Positions 8,844 to 19,412 of a stretch of 64,000 nt of DNA are shown here, piece by piece (positions within the stretch are counted from its first letter, which is position 1; the number at the start of each line of letters is the position of its first letter). The position numbers and the translations under genes are program-made. Below the pieces are notes generated by a model. It worked only from the letters and a program-made list of their open reading frames with translations, was not told the origin of the DNA and ran no database searches. Source of the stretch: Candidatus Saccharimonadia bacterium (GTDB taxonomy: Bacteria; Patescibacteriota; Saccharimonadia; Saccharimonadales; JALRHH01); assembly GCA_023253175.1 (NCBI GenBank), contig JALRHH010000002.1:320199-384198 (forward strand), written 5' to 3'.

Positions 8844-9512
8844 ATGTATTTTAGAAGTCGTGCCGAGGCGGGTCGGCAACTGGCTGATCGTCTTGATAAA
8901 TATAAGGCGCAGAATATCGTTGTGCTCGCACTCGATGAAAGTTCGGCAATTGTTGCATCGCAGGTAGCCATGAGGCTGCATGCGAATTTGCTGCTGTATG
9001 TAGTGAAGAATATCTATCTGCCAGGAGAGACTGAGGCTTTAGCGGCGCTCAGTTCGACAGGTACTTATACGACGAATGATTACTTTAGTGGCGGCGAGCT
9101 TGAGGATCTGTCCACTGAATATCATAATTACATCGACCAGAAACGAATGGAAGCTAATCACGAGCTACACATGGTGCTCGGGCAGGACGGGGAGATTGAT
9201 AAGAAACTACTTCGCCACAGGGTAGTGATTGTGGTATCTGATGGCCTGAGTTCTGGATTTTCATTCCAGGCATGTGCAAACTTCCTGAAGACCGTGTCAA
9301 TCAAAAAGGTAGTAGCGGCAACACCGCTCGCAAGCGTGCCGGCAATCGACAAACTTCATCTGTTGTCGGATGAAATTTGCTGTCTCAGTGTTGTTCCTAA
9401 TTACATGCATACGAATCACTATTATGATGACAATACGGTTCCAAATATGGACCAGGTGCTCAAGATTATGCGCAATATAACGCTCAACTGGGAACGCGCC
9501 AAACAAAAATAG
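8844..9512 (+). CDS. predicted phosphoribosyltransferase-family protein
   Basis: FRSRAEAGRQLADRL...IVVLALDESSAIVASQVA plus a PRPP-loop-like VVIVVSDGLSSG. Confidence 0.6.
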   Translation: MYFRSRAEAGRQLADRLDKYKAQNIVVLALDESSAIVASQVAMRLHANLLLYVVKNIYLPGETEALAALSSTGTYTTNDYFSGGELEDLSTEYHNYIDQKRMEANHELHMVLGQDGEIDKKLLRHRVVIVVSDGLSSGFSFQACANFLKTVSIKKVVAATPLASVPAIDKLHLLSDEICCLSVVPNYMHTNHYYDDNTVPNMDQVLKIMRNITLNWERAKQK

Positions 9513-9598
9513 TTGACAGCAGAAAAGCATAAGCGTACTCTGAAATTAACACAGGCACGTCCGTGTTCAGAACTTTGACGGTTGGAACCAAAATCCTC

Positions 9599-9624
9599 AC
9601 AAGGCAATTAAAGCCTTGTTTTTT
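9599..9624 (+). terminator. rho-independent terminator
   Basis: ACAAGGC-aattaaa-GCCTTGT followed by TTTTTT. Confidence 0.6.
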
Positions 9625-9739
9625 CATTGTTCTGAAATAAACAAATAACCAATAATAGAAAGCGAACTACCGGAATTCCGGTTATTTCCAAAAAAACGCA
9701 AAAAACTTGCGTACACGATTCTTCTTCGGAGACTCTTGT

Positions 9740-10660
9740 ATGAAAACAAAAACAACTTATTACAAGATTGGTCAAAGCTTACCGCCCAGGCACTGGTATC
9801 AGCGGCGTGTTGGTTGGTTCGGTAAAAGTATGGTTGCCGTGATGGCGCTTGTTGTTATTGGCGGTGGTGCATACGGCAAGTTTATGCTGCACGAGGAAAG
9901 CAAGGTGCGAGCGTCTCAGTCTAGTAGACTTGAGAAGCTCAATAAAACGACACCTGTACTCAGTAGCAGTAATGAAAACATTATTGATGTTCAATTTGTA
10001 CTTGACCGTTGGGCAAAGGAACGTAGTGGGGAGACCTGGAGTGTTTCGGCACGTAGTATTGATGGGGCAAAATTTCAGGCACAAATTAATGGCGACAAGT
10101 CCTACGAATCCGTAACAGCTGGTCAACTCCTCCTGACACTGCCGCTATTCTCTCAGATACCAGCAGAACAACACAAAGGCATCCAGCTCAGTTCCGGTAA
10201 AAAGATGGAAGCCTGCGTTAACCTAATGATCCGACTTGGCGATACTGACTGCGGTAATCAGGTTGCGGGTTACATTGATTTCCGAAAAGTAGATGGAGTA
10301 TTACAAAAAAACGGTATTAAAAAGACTTCGTTTACTGGAACCAAGGCACGAACTACGGCCGATGACATGGCTGCATTTATGGCAGTGTTGCAAGGTGGTG
10401 TGCTCCAGAAGAATGCTCAGGATGTGGTGCTCAAATCATTACGTGAGCAGCGCATTCGCAGTGGTATTCCGGCGGCTTGTCCGGGCTGTGTCATTGCAAA
10501 CGAAGCTTCAGAATCATCAAGTGTTCATGACGTGGCGATCATTCAGTATAACGGTGGTAGCTATGTGCTCAGCATTTTTACGAAGGATGGATCTTTGGCT
10601 GATATTGCAGAGCTGAGCGGTCGCATCCAGCAAAAAATAATTGATACGGCAGCCCACTAA
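9740..10660 (+). CDS. membrane-anchored class A beta-lactamase-like protein with all three catalytic motifs degenerate
   Basis: Aligns along its length with the next ORF. However SxxK is SVTA, SDN is GDT and KTG is EAS. I set the start at ATG 9740, behind GGAGA. Confidence 0.65.
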   Translation: MKTKTTYYKIGQSLPPRHWYQRRVGWFGKSMVAVMALVVIGGGAYGKFMLHEESKVRASQSSRLEKLNKTTPVLSSSNENIIDVQFVLDRWAKERSGETWSVSARSIDGAKFQAQINGDKSYESVTAGQLLLTLPLFSQIPAEQHKGIQLSSGKKMEACVNLMIRLGDTDCGNQVAGYIDFRKVDGVLQKNGIKKTSFTGTKARTTADDMAAFMAVLQGGVLQKNAQDVVLKSLREQRIRSGIPAACPGCVIANEASESSSVHDVAIIQYNGGSYVLSIFTKDGSLADIAELSGRIQQKIIDTAAH

Positions 10661-11580
10661 TGAATACTCGTCATTACGATATTTATGATGGTGCTTCTCG
10701 CTCGCGCGAGCATATTATTGTGGCTGCATTGGTTTTGCTCGTTATTGCTGCAGTCAGTAGCGTGCCAATTTTGGCCAGTCGCAGTGTCACGCAGCAGGCC
10801 GCGCAGGTTCCGGTTGTTACGGCGCCCGTGGAAAAAACTGAACCAGCAAAAGTCATTGAAGAGGCTGCTCCAGTCGTTGCTACTCCGCAGATTGTTGACT
10901 TGCAGCCCGTTCTTGATACTTGGGCAGCCGGGCACCCAAAACAGCAGTGGGGCGTATCCGTAAAAAGTCTGAGCGGAAAAGAATTCCAAGCAGAACTCAA
11001 CAGCGATAAGCAGTTCCGTTCAGCAAGTCTCTATAAGCTCTTTCTTGTGCAGCCGCTCTTTGCGAAGTACTCGTTAGCGCAGCAGCAAACTACCAGTGTT
11101 AAGGTTGGCGAATCAACTCGATCTTTGGCGTCTTGTGTTGATGTGATGCTGCGGCTCTCTGACAATCCATGCGGTGAAGCGGTTGCAGGGAAGCTTGGCT
11201 GGACAAAAGTAAGCCGAGAGCTTAAAGCAGCAGGTTATACCAAGACTGACCTAAGTAAAGCTGATGCAATCGTAACTTCTGCCGGTGATACGACCCGATA
11301 TCTAGAGCAGCTGAATGGAGCAATGCTTGATGAAGCGAGTAAGGCGGTGGTTATGAACTCGCTCTTAAAGCAAAAATGGAACCAAGGTATTCCGGCTGGT
11401 TGCCCTGGATGTACTGTCGCGAATAAGACAGGCAGTATACCGTCAATCACGCACGACGCGGCTATTGTGCAGTACGCGGGCGGCACCTATGTGATTACCA
11501 TTCTTTCTGAGGGCGGCACGTTCAAGCAGATCGCAGAGCTTACGGCGCAGATCCAAGCTGCAATTAACGCGGTTCAGTAG
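10660..11580 (+). CDS. membrane-anchored class A beta-lactamase-like serine hydrolase (motifs intact)
   Basis: SASLYK (SxxK), LSDNPCG (SDN) and NKTGS (KTG), with an N-terminal TM anchor. ATGA overlap with the previous ORF. Confidence 0.7.
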   Translation: MNTRHYDIYDGASRSREHIIVAALVLLVIAAVSSVPILASRSVTQQAAQVPVVTAPVEKTEPAKVIEEAAPVVATPQIVDLQPVLDTWAAGHPKQQWGVSVKSLSGKEFQAELNSDKQFRSASLYKLFLVQPLFAKYSLAQQQTTSVKVGESTRSLASCVDVMLRLSDNPCGEAVAGKLGWTKVSRELKAAGYTKTDLSKADAIVTSAGDTTRYLEQLNGAMLDEASKAVVMNSLLKQKWNQGIPAGCPGCTVANKTGSIPSITHDAAIVQYAGGTYVITILSEGGTFKQIAELTAQIQAAINAVQ

Positions 11581-12678
11581 TTATTTTGAAACGTTGAATT
11601 TGAACTCGACGATGTCATCGGGCTTCATGATGTAGTCTTTGCCGGCAGTGGTGACTTTACCAGCTGCTTTGGCGGCAGATTCTGAGCCAGCTTCTACAAA
11701 ATCTTTGTAATTAATGATCTGGGCAGCAATAAAGCCGCGCTCGAAATCACCGTGAATGACGCCAGCAGCTTGTGGGGCGGTGAAGCCTTTTTTGATTGTC
11801 CAGGCGCGCACTTCTTTTTCGCCAGCGGTAAGGTAGCTTTGAAGCCCAAGTGTGTCATACGCAGCGTGAATAAGCTGGATAAGCCCTGATACGTGAACGC
11901 CATAGCTTTCCAGTAGTTCAAGTCGGTCTGCTTCGTCGAGCCCTTGTAATTCCGACTCCAATTTAGCGCTCACAAATAGTGAACGAGCAGGGGCAACAAG
12001 GCTTGCCAATTCTTGTTGACGTGTTTCGTTCGTGAGGTCATCGTCATCAACATTAAACAGGTAGATGATTGGTTTCATGGTGATGAGGTGTAAGTCGTGG
12101 AGCAGTTCTTTATTGTCATCCAGCCATGCCTCACCCTTTTCAAACAGTGGTTTTCCGTCATTCAGCCACGCACTTACTTCCTCGAGGAGTTCAAGCACGT
12201 GACGCTGCTTTGGATCGCTCTTGGCCAGCTTTTGTGCCTGCGGCAAACGCTTATCAACCGTTTGAATATCAGCGAGTACTAATTCAGTATTAATAACATC
12301 AATGTCCTTTTGCGGATTGTGTTCTTCGTCGACGTGCTGCACATTGCTGTCGCTAAAGGCGCGCACGACTTGCACGATGGCATTGGTGCTTCGGATATGG
12401 CTGAGGAACTGGTTGCCGAGGCCTTCGCCCTTGCTGGCACCTGCAACAAGTCCGGCGATATCAACAAAGGTGACCGTTGCTGGAACGACCTTCTGAGAGT
12501 TGTATATATCCGCCAGGGTAGTCAGTCGGACGTCCGGGATCGGCACGATACCAGTATTTGGTTCGATAGTCGCAAACGGATAGTTGGCAGCCAGAATATT
12601 GTTGTTTGTTAGTGCGTTAAAAAGTGTGGACTTGCCAACATTTGGCAGCCCAACAATTCCAATAGAAAGTGAACTCAT
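11581..12678 (-). CDS. ychF: ribosome-binding ATPase YchF
   Basis: IGIVGLPNVGKSTLFNALT, a TGS-like C-terminus, 365 aa. Confidence 0.95.
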   Translation of the reverse strand: MSSLSIGIVGLPNVGKSTLFNALTNNNILAANYPFATIEPNTGIVPIPDVRLTTLADIYNSQKVVPATVTFVDIAGLVAGASKGEGLGNQFLSHIRSTNAIVQVVRAFSDSNVQHVDEEHNPQKDIDVINTELVLADIQTVDKRLPQAQKLAKSDPKQRHVLELLEEVSAWLNDGKPLFEKGEAWLDDNKELLHDLHLITMKPIIYLFNVDDDDLTNETRQQELASLVAPARSLFVSAKLESELQGLDEADRLELLESYGVHVSGLIQLIHAAYDTLGLQSYLTAGEKEVRAWTIKKGFTAPQAAGVIHGDFERGFIAAQIINYKDFVEAGSESAAKAAGKVTTAGKDYIMKPDDIVEFKFNVSK

Positions 12679-12832
12679 AGTCGCTATTGTAACAGAGGTA
12701 GTATTTATTTTCTAGCCTGTATGATCTCTGAATACAATTGTGTATAAAGTACTTAAGATTATCACTTGATTACGCTTATTCTTTGCTATACTGATGGTAA
12801 TTATGCGTATCAAAACGTGGGGCAGGGATAAA

Positions 12833-14719
12833 ATGAAACACGGCTTATTTTTTAAAAAGAAGACTCGCCAGACTATTGGCACGGCTTCAAAGCTAGCTAC
12901 TGCTGTTGTGCTAACAGTTGTCCTTTCAGGTGCTGCGTCAGTTATTCCAGATAGCAAAACTAGTGCCGCCGCTCCGTATTACGGTGTGACGATGAGTTCT
13001 AGTATATCTAGTAACCCAGCATCAAGGAATATGTGCGGTGGCGCAAACTCCACACTGCCAGTTGATTACTGGGCTTGGATTTCTAACCCCACGCTCGATG
13101 AAAATACGGGTGACATTACCTATAGGGTGAATCTGCAGTGGAGAAGTTGTGATAGCACAAATACACGCGCCTACTCAATCTATGACACCGGAAGTCGTGA
13201 GGCCTGTGTGCTTTCTGGTGATTATGGTGTGAATAATAGCGATGCCTATGACTGCGTGAAGTATGTCGGAAACCCTTCATACAATGCTGGTAATAATCTG
13301 ACCTGTTCGGGCGGCAGAACAAACGGGCAGTGTACAAACAGTAATTTCGGTGCGATTCGCGTGAATCAGAACCAGCCCCCAGATACGTTAACCACTGATT
13401 TTGTTACCATACGTAAATCTGTGGGCAACTGGGGCACTGCAAAATACGGTAATGGTTCAAGGACCTACAATGGTGGCCTCTGTCAGTATTATAAGACGGG
13501 CTCTAACTGGCAGAATAATCACATAGGTAGTCGCTGCATGACATTGAATATTACGATTTCTTGGCAACCAAAGACACCTGCATCTATTCAGCCCATCACG
13601 ACCCTTAGTCCAAATCCCGTAGAGCCAGGGCAGGTGGTGCAGGCTACTGCACAGATCACTCAGCCTTCAGGTAATATGACTGCAACAACCAAATACAGAA
13701 GGTACTTCTGGTACCAGAACGATGATACGACCGGCTATGATCCTGCAACAGAAAGCGCTAATGCCACCGTTTCGACGCCTCCTGGATCTGTTACCACCCC
13801 CGTGACCCTACCAACAGCCGGCTGGACAAAGACGGTACTCAGTGGCTATCGATTTATATGTACTTCGCTTGAGCTTTATGACCAAAATTCACCAACAACC
13901 ATAACAGGCAATAATCCCCATAGAACATGTGCGCCTATTATCCGGAAGCCATACTTACGGGTTGTCGGCGGTGATATAAATACGACCTGTGGTACTGGTG
14001 CGGTTGATGCATTTTGGAATGGTGCAAACGGAAGTGGTACTGACCTCGCGTTGTATACAAGAGGTGCTGTTAGTGAGTTCGCGTCTGCTGCAGCAAGAGT
14101 TTCCCCGAATACTCCTATTAGGCCCAAGGGTCTTACTTTCGCTAATGTAGGTGCGGGTGTGTATGGCCAGTCACTGGGTGCGATAGTTGGTGACTGTGCG
14201 TTTACCGCTCCACCCGCCGGATCTCCGACAAGTATACCTCCGCTGAGCAGCATGCCACCTACTGCTTCGCTGCGGGAGGGCGTTTTATATGTAAATGGTA
14301 ATGTCACTATCAGCGGTAATATCTTATATGCAAATAGTAGTAACTTTAGCTTCGATAATGTGCCTTATTTTAAGCTCAAGGCGAGCGGTAATATTTACAT
14401 TACCTCTAATGTGCGGACACTTGATGGTATCTATGAAGCGGGTGGAACAATATATACCTGTACAGGGGGTGGGGCCGTGCCGAGCCTTGCCACGTTACCT
14501 GCAGAATGTTATTCAAGCACCTTGACGGTCAACGGTGCGCTACGTGCCGCTACTGGTATTAAGTACTTACGACTTAATGGATCAGTAAGTTCGGGGGCGC
14601 CCGGAGAGATTATTAGCTATGATCCGCTGACCTGGCTTAAGGCCGCGACTCCTGGGGCGGACAGTAGTATATCTTCCGGCGATTACGATGCTTATACGAT
14701 TATGCCTCCAGTACTATAG
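12833..14719 (+). CDS. large secreted Cys-rich protein of unknown function (immediately upstream of pilM)
   Basis: Sec-type signal MKHGLFFKKKTRQTIGTASKLATAVVLTVVLSGAASV. Many Cys residues. C-terminal beta-helix-like repeats (NGNVTISGNILY, ASGNIYITSNV). Start chosen at the internal Met. Confidence 0.6.
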   Translation: MKHGLFFKKKTRQTIGTASKLATAVVLTVVLSGAASVIPDSKTSAAAPYYGVTMSSSISSNPASRNMCGGANSTLPVDYWAWISNPTLDENTGDITYRVNLQWRSCDSTNTRAYSIYDTGSREACVLSGDYGVNNSDAYDCVKYVGNPSYNAGNNLTCSGGRTNGQCTNSNFGAIRVNQNQPPDTLTTDFVTIRKSVGNWGTAKYGNGSRTYNGGLCQYYKTGSNWQNNHIGSRCMTLNITISWQPKTPASIQPITTLSPNPVEPGQVVQATAQITQPSGNMTATTKYRRYFWYQNDDTTGYDPATESANATVSTPPGSVTTPVTLPTAGWTKTVLSGYRFICTSLELYDQNSPTTITGNNPHRTCAPIIRKPYLRVVGGDINTTCGTGAVDAFWNGANGSGTDLALYTRGAVSEFASAAARVSPNTPIRPKGLTFANVGAGVYGQSLGAIVGDCAFTAPPAGSPTSIPPLSSMPPTASLREGVLYVNGNVTISGNILYANSSNFSFDNVPYFKLKASGNIYITSNVRTLDGIYEAGGTIYTCTGGGAVPSLATLPAECYSSTLTVNGALRAATGIKYLRLNGSVSSGAPGEIISYDPLTWLKAATPGADSSISSGDYDAYTIMPPVL

Positions 14720-14848
14720 GTAGGCTTGGAAATATGTTTTATGTTAAAAATGCTTATGCTATAATTCGATCAATGAAAGGGACTATAGCCACATCCTTAA
14801 CGATACGCAAAAACGTAAACATGTATCAGGTGGCATAGGCATAACAAT

Positions 14849-15889
14849 ATGGGCATACTGAGTGGGGTAAGTAACTTTTTTGGGCTTGATATCGGCACGT
14901 CTGCTGTCAGGCTTGTAGAACTGTCCGGTTCTGGCCAGGGAAAATCATTGGTGCGGTATGCATATGCACCGGTTGATTCTAGAATTGTATTAAGCGACTC
15001 AAAGGCAGATCGTCAGAAATTGGCGCAAGTAATATCAGAGCTCATTGCGAGCTCTAAAGTCTCGACTCGCAATGTTGCAGTTGGCATATCATCTAGTAGG
15101 GTGTTTACGACTATTGTTGATATGGATCGTTTGCCAGAATCTGAATTGGCTCGCACGATCAAATTACAAGCTGATTCGCTTATCCCAACACCTGTTGACA
15201 CGTCAAAACTAGAATGGGCACTCCTGGGTGACTCGCCAGTAGACAAGACAAAGTCAGAAGTTCTTATTTCGAGCGTTTCCAATGATGTCACTGAAGGTAT
15301 GTTGGATGTTCTAGAATCGATAGGTCTTAATGTAATTGCGTTTGAACCCGATAATCTCGCAATTGCTCGTTCGTTATTTGCACCGGATAACATGCTGCCA
15401 CAAATGGCGATTGACGTTGGTGCAAAGGCAACAGATTTAGTTTTGTCGATCAATGGCGCGCCTCGCTTGGCCCGTTCGATCCCAACTGGGACAGAAGCAA
15501 TTATTAAGTCTGCAGTGCAAAATCTCAGTATAGATGAGAAACAAGCCGAGCAGTTCGTATTCAAATTTGGCCTCTCAAAAGATAAGCTCGAAGGTCAGGT
15601 CCACCAAGCTATATTAGGAACTGTTGAGCTATTAGTGTCTGAGGTAGAAAAGTCGATCAAGTTTGTTGGGACACGTTATCCTGAGGCGAAGCTTGATCGA
15701 ATTATTGTATCCGGCGGAGCCTCGGCTTTACCTGAATTCCCACTTTATCTTGCGAATAAGACGGGGGCGAACATTGAGATTGGGAATGCCTGGCGTAATA
15801 TATCGTATCCAGCAAGTCGGCAGAATGAGTTACTGGCCGTATCAAATCACTTTGCAGTTGCTGCTGGTCTTGCAGAGAGGGTTGAATAG
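14849..15889 (+). CDS. pilM: type IV pilus assembly protein PilM (actin-like ATPase)
   Basis: FGLDIGTSAVRLVEL N-terminus, 346 aa, first gene of the pilMNO block. Confidence 0.9.
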   Translation: MGILSGVSNFFGLDIGTSAVRLVELSGSGQGKSLVRYAYAPVDSRIVLSDSKADRQKLAQVISELIASSKVSTRNVAVGISSSRVFTTIVDMDRLPESELARTIKLQADSLIPTPVDTSKLEWALLGDSPVDKTKSEVLISSVSNDVTEGMLDVLESIGLNVIAFEPDNLAIARSLFAPDNMLPQMAIDVGAKATDLVLSINGAPRLARSIPTGTEAIIKSAVQNLSIDEKQAEQFVFKFGLSKDKLEGQVHQAILGTVELLVSEVEKSIKFVGTRYPEAKLDRIIVSGGASALPEFPLYLANKTGANIEIGNAWRNISYPASRQNELLAVSNHFAVAAGLAERVE

Positions 15890-15891
15890 CT

Positions 15892-16605
15892 ATGATACAA
15901 ATTAATCTTTTACCAGACGTAAAACTAGAGTACGTAAAGGCTCGTCGACTCAAGCGTACGATAGTATCAATTTGTTTACTCGTTAGCTCTGTTTCTGTGG
16001 CGGTATTTGTGCTTACATTTATTAGTGTCGTTGTCGTTCAGAAACAGCACCTGAGCCATCTAGACGAAGACATTGCGTCCCAGACAAAAGAACTTGAATC
16101 GATGCCTGACATCGCTAAGATCTTAACCATCCAGAACCAACTCAATAGTCTTCCTGCGCTACACAAAGATAAACCGGTTGCTTCAAGAATCTTTACATAC
16201 GTACAGCAGCTTGCGCCTGGAGAGGCAAGCATAAGTACGCTTACCGTTAACTTTGATGAGCAGACAATGGAGATTACGGGAAGTGCAGTTAATCTAGCTG
16301 GCGTTAATAAGTTCGCAGATACACTTAAATTCACGGTATTCACTACCGAGGCGGAGGGTGATGGAGCTAAAGGTAATTCGGCGTTTAGTGATGTTGCTCT
16401 CTCTCAGTTTGGGCTCGGGAGTGCTTCCGGGACTAAAGGAAAGACTGCTTCATATACCATAAAACTTAAATATGCGCCTGAAATTTTCAGTAGCGAAAGC
16501 AACGTGAAGTTGACCATTCCTAACAAGGTTACAACGAGGTCTCAGACCGAAAAGCCTCAAAACGTTTTTGATGCTCCAGCTGCGGTAGAAGGAGGTGACC
16601 AGTAA
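15892..16605 (+). CDS. pilN: PilN-like pilus assembly protein
   Basis: MIQINLLPDVKLEYVKARRLKR followed by a single TM helix. Confidence 0.8.
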   Translation: MIQINLLPDVKLEYVKARRLKRTIVSICLLVSSVSVAVFVLTFISVVVVQKQHLSHLDEDIASQTKELESMPDIAKILTIQNQLNSLPALHKDKPVASRIFTYVQQLAPGEASISTLTVNFDEQTMEITGSAVNLAGVNKFADTLKFTVFTTEAEGDGAKGNSAFSDVALSQFGLGSASGTKGKTASYTIKLKYAPEIFSSESNVKLTIPNKVTTRSQTEKPQNVFDAPAAVEGGDQ

Positions 16606-17279
16606 TGAGTAACGGAGTCCCAAGTTTTAAGCAATTACAGATTGATAAAGCCAATGTACGTATAGTTGCGGCGATATCGATAACAGTATTCATCGTAGTC
16701 TTTTCGGCAGTTGCTGTTAAGTCTATGATTTCCCGGCAGATGTATCAAAGCAGAGTTATTGAAGCCCGCGAGACAGCACGTGATCAGTTGCTTGAAAATA
16801 TAAGCTCAGCAGGAAAATTGACAGATTCGTACAAGCGTTTTGTCGCCAACTCACCAAATGTAATTGGTGGAGACCCAGTCGGCACGGGCGAACGTGATGG
16901 TGACAACGCAAAGGTTGTACTTGATGCACTGCCCAGTGTGTATGATTTCCCAGCACTTACCTCCAGCGTTGAAAAGCTTGCAGCCAGCCAGCAGCTTACT
17001 ATAAACGGTATAACGGGCACCGATGATGAAATTAAGCAGAAAGGACAAACTGCGACTACTCCGCAACCTGTTGAAATGCCGTTTACGGTTACCGTTAATG
17101 GATCTTATCAGAATATTAATAATTTGATTCTTCAGTTTGAAAAGTCGATAAGGCCCTTCAAGGTAAGTAAATTTGTATTTACTGGCAGCGAAGGCGGCGG
17201 GGTAAGTCTTGTGGTTGATGCGAAATCTTACTACCAGCCAGCAAAGAACCTGCAGATTAAAAAGGAAGTAGTGAAGTGA
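16605..17279 (+). CDS. pilO: PilO-like pilus assembly protein
   Basis: N-terminal TM helix, coiled region, and position after pilN. ATGA-type overlap. Confidence 0.65.
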   Translation: MSNGVPSFKQLQIDKANVRIVAAISITVFIVVFSAVAVKSMISRQMYQSRVIEARETARDQLLENISSAGKLTDSYKRFVANSPNVIGGDPVGTGERDGDNAKVVLDALPSVYDFPALTSSVEKLAASQQLTINGITGTDDEIKQKGQTATTPQPVEMPFTVTVNGSYQNINNLILQFEKSIRPFKVSKFVFTGSEGGGVSLVVDAKSYYQPAKNLQIKKEVVK

Positions 17280-17518
17280 AGCAAAAAGATATAGCACTTG
17301 TCGCAGTGATAGGCTTTATTAGTCTCGTAGCATCATTGTTATTATCCAATCTGTTGTTCAATACAGCCGGGGATAAGCAGTTACAATCAGCTGTGGTTGC
17401 GCCTATAACCACTGAGTTCGTCGATCCTGATAAGAAGTATTTCAATGAGCAGTCTACTAACCCAACACAAACAATCCAAATCAATGAGAACAATAATAAC
17501 CAGCCATTTAACCAGTAA
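17276..17518 (+). CDS. small single-TM protein in the pilus operon
   Basis: 80 aa. The GTG start overlaps the pilO stop. TM helix, then an N/Q-rich tail. Confidence 0.5.
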   Translation: MKQKDIALVAVIGFISLVASLLLSNLLFNTAGDKQLQSAVVAPITTEFVDPDKKYFNEQSTNPTQTIQINENNNNQPFNQ

Positions 17519-17534
17519 CATAGGTAACTAGCCT

Positions 17535-19316
17535 ATGAGTGTTCTCTCGGCAGCAGCTCAAAAGCAAGTCCAGGATAAGCTTGTCGCAGATGGGCTTATT
17601 ACTGCTGAAAAGCTAAAGGAGGTCATCAGTAAAGCCGAAGCTGGCGGCTCTCCTTTGCTTGCTGCATTGATTCATGAGGGGCACATCTCAAATGAGTCTC
17701 TCACTAAAACGATTGCAGAAGTTACGAAGCTACCATATGTTAATTTACTTAATGCAAAGATTGACCCTACGACGCTAGACCTCCTACCTCAAGACATAGC
17801 AGAGCGATACATGGCGGTGCCATTGGGCGAGATAAATCAGAAACTTGTTGTGGCAATGCTTGATGCTGACAATGTTCAGGCCGTTGATTTCTTGGCGAAC
17901 AAAATTGGTCGTCCGCTCAAAGTCTATGCTGCAAGTGAAGAGGGTATTAGAGCAATTCTAGCTCAATATTCGTCAAGGATGAGTAAAGACGTTGCGAATG
18001 CATTTGCGGAACCGAACGATGCGACAAGCGTAGCTGCCGAGGCTAACGTAGGCACCTCAGCGGAGCCTATATCACAAGATTCGCCCGTTAGTAAAATCCT
18101 GACTGCAATACTTGAATACGCGGTAAAAAATAAAGCGAGTGATATCCATATTGAGCCACTTGAGAAGGAGCTCAAGATTCGATGCCGTATCGATGGTGTT
18201 ATGCGTGAAGTCATGAAGCTGCCAAAGGCAAGCGAGCCTCCTATCGTATCTCGTATAAAGATCTTGTCTAACCTAAAGATTGATGAGCATCGTATCCCAC
18301 AAGACGGTCAATTTACAGTAAAAGTAATGAAAAATGCAGTCGATCTGCGTATTGCGATATCTCCTGTTGTATGGGGTGAACAAGTAGTTATTCGTCTATT
18401 AGATAAATCCGGTACAACGCTCAGGCTGGAAGATATGGGTTACGCTGGTAGGGCGCTGAGGACAATTCGTAGTGGTCTTGAGCGACCAAACGGTATGATT
18501 CTGACTTCTGGGCCTACAGGTTCAGGTAAATCAACGACGCTTTATGCACTCCTTAACGAGATTAAAAACGATAGTATAAACATCGTTACACTTGAAGACC
18601 CCGTTGAGTACAAGATGGATGGCGTGAACCAAATCCAGGTTAATGCAGATGTTGGACTAACATTCTCTGCGGGACTCCGTTCTATTCTCCGTCAGGACCC
18701 TGACGTAGTGATGGTGGGTGAGATTCGTGATAAAGAAACAGCTACTCTTGCGGTGCAGGCCGCTCTAACGGGTCACCTTGTATTTAGTACGCTCCACACT
18801 AATTCTGCGGCTGGAATTTTACCCCGTCTTTTAGATATGGGCATTGAACCATTCCTTATTGCGAGCACTGTTCGGACGGTTATCGGACAGCGTCTTGTTC
18901 GTCGTATAGGCGAGCAAAAAGAGACAGTCAAATCTGACCAGGCTCAATCTGCTGCGATACAGGCGACAGTTGGTGGGCTATTGCCGGCCAAGCCAGCGGA
19001 CGTGTCCAAGGTAGCTGCTGATCTAGGTTTTGAGAATCTGCCACTTGCTGGGCAGCAACAATATGATTTAGTTAAGGGCGTTGATAGTCCCGCTGCTCCT
19101 GGTGGTTATAAGGGTCGTATGGGCTTGTATGAGGTATTCGAAGTCACAGACGAGATCCAAAAACTGATTATTAATCAGGCTACCAGCGCAGAGATTCAGA
19201 AGGTTGCCCAGGAACAGGGAATGGTAACGATGCGTCAGGACGGATACCTCAAGGCCTTGGCGGGTAGGACTACCTTGGCTGAGGTTGACCGTGTTGCGGC
19301 TACAGATAGTGCTTAA
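17535..19316 (+). CDS. pilB: type IV pilus extension ATPase PilB (GspE family)
   Basis: Walker A GPTGSGKSTT, Asp box, His box TGHLVFSTLHTN, 593 aa. Confidence 0.95.
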   Translation: MSVLSAAAQKQVQDKLVADGLITAEKLKEVISKAEAGGSPLLAALIHEGHISNESLTKTIAEVTKLPYVNLLNAKIDPTTLDLLPQDIAERYMAVPLGEINQKLVVAMLDADNVQAVDFLANKIGRPLKVYAASEEGIRAILAQYSSRMSKDVANAFAEPNDATSVAAEANVGTSAEPISQDSPVSKILTAILEYAVKNKASDIHIEPLEKELKIRCRIDGVMREVMKLPKASEPPIVSRIKILSNLKIDEHRIPQDGQFTVKVMKNAVDLRIAISPVVWGEQVVIRLLDKSGTTLRLEDMGYAGRALRTIRSGLERPNGMILTSGPTGSGKSTTLYALLNEIKNDSINIVTLEDPVEYKMDGVNQIQVNADVGLTFSAGLRSILRQDPDVVMVGEIRDKETATLAVQAALTGHLVFSTLHTNSAAGILPRLLDMGIEPFLIASTVRTVIGQRLVRRIGEQKETVKSDQAQSAAIQATVGGLLPAKPADVSKVAADLGFENLPLAGQQQYDLVKGVDSPAAPGGYKGRMGLYEVFEVTDEIQKLIINQATSAEIQKVAQEQGMVTMRQDGYLKALAGRTTLAEVDRVAATDSA

Positions 19317-19412
19317 GTTTAATTGTTGTAAGTGATATAGTGTAGGCAGGAAAAACATAGTGGTGGGAAATATACAGATGACAATAGTCCAAAAACAGGG
19401 AGGGGTACAGTA

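Noticed and set aside
9513-9624. Possible roughly 80-nt sRNA defined by TTGACA-17-TACTCT (9513-9541) and the terminator at 9599-9624
   Set aside because: The -10 box is weak and the -35 box overlaps the PRTase stop codon. The hairpin is explained more simply as the terminator of the PRTase gene.
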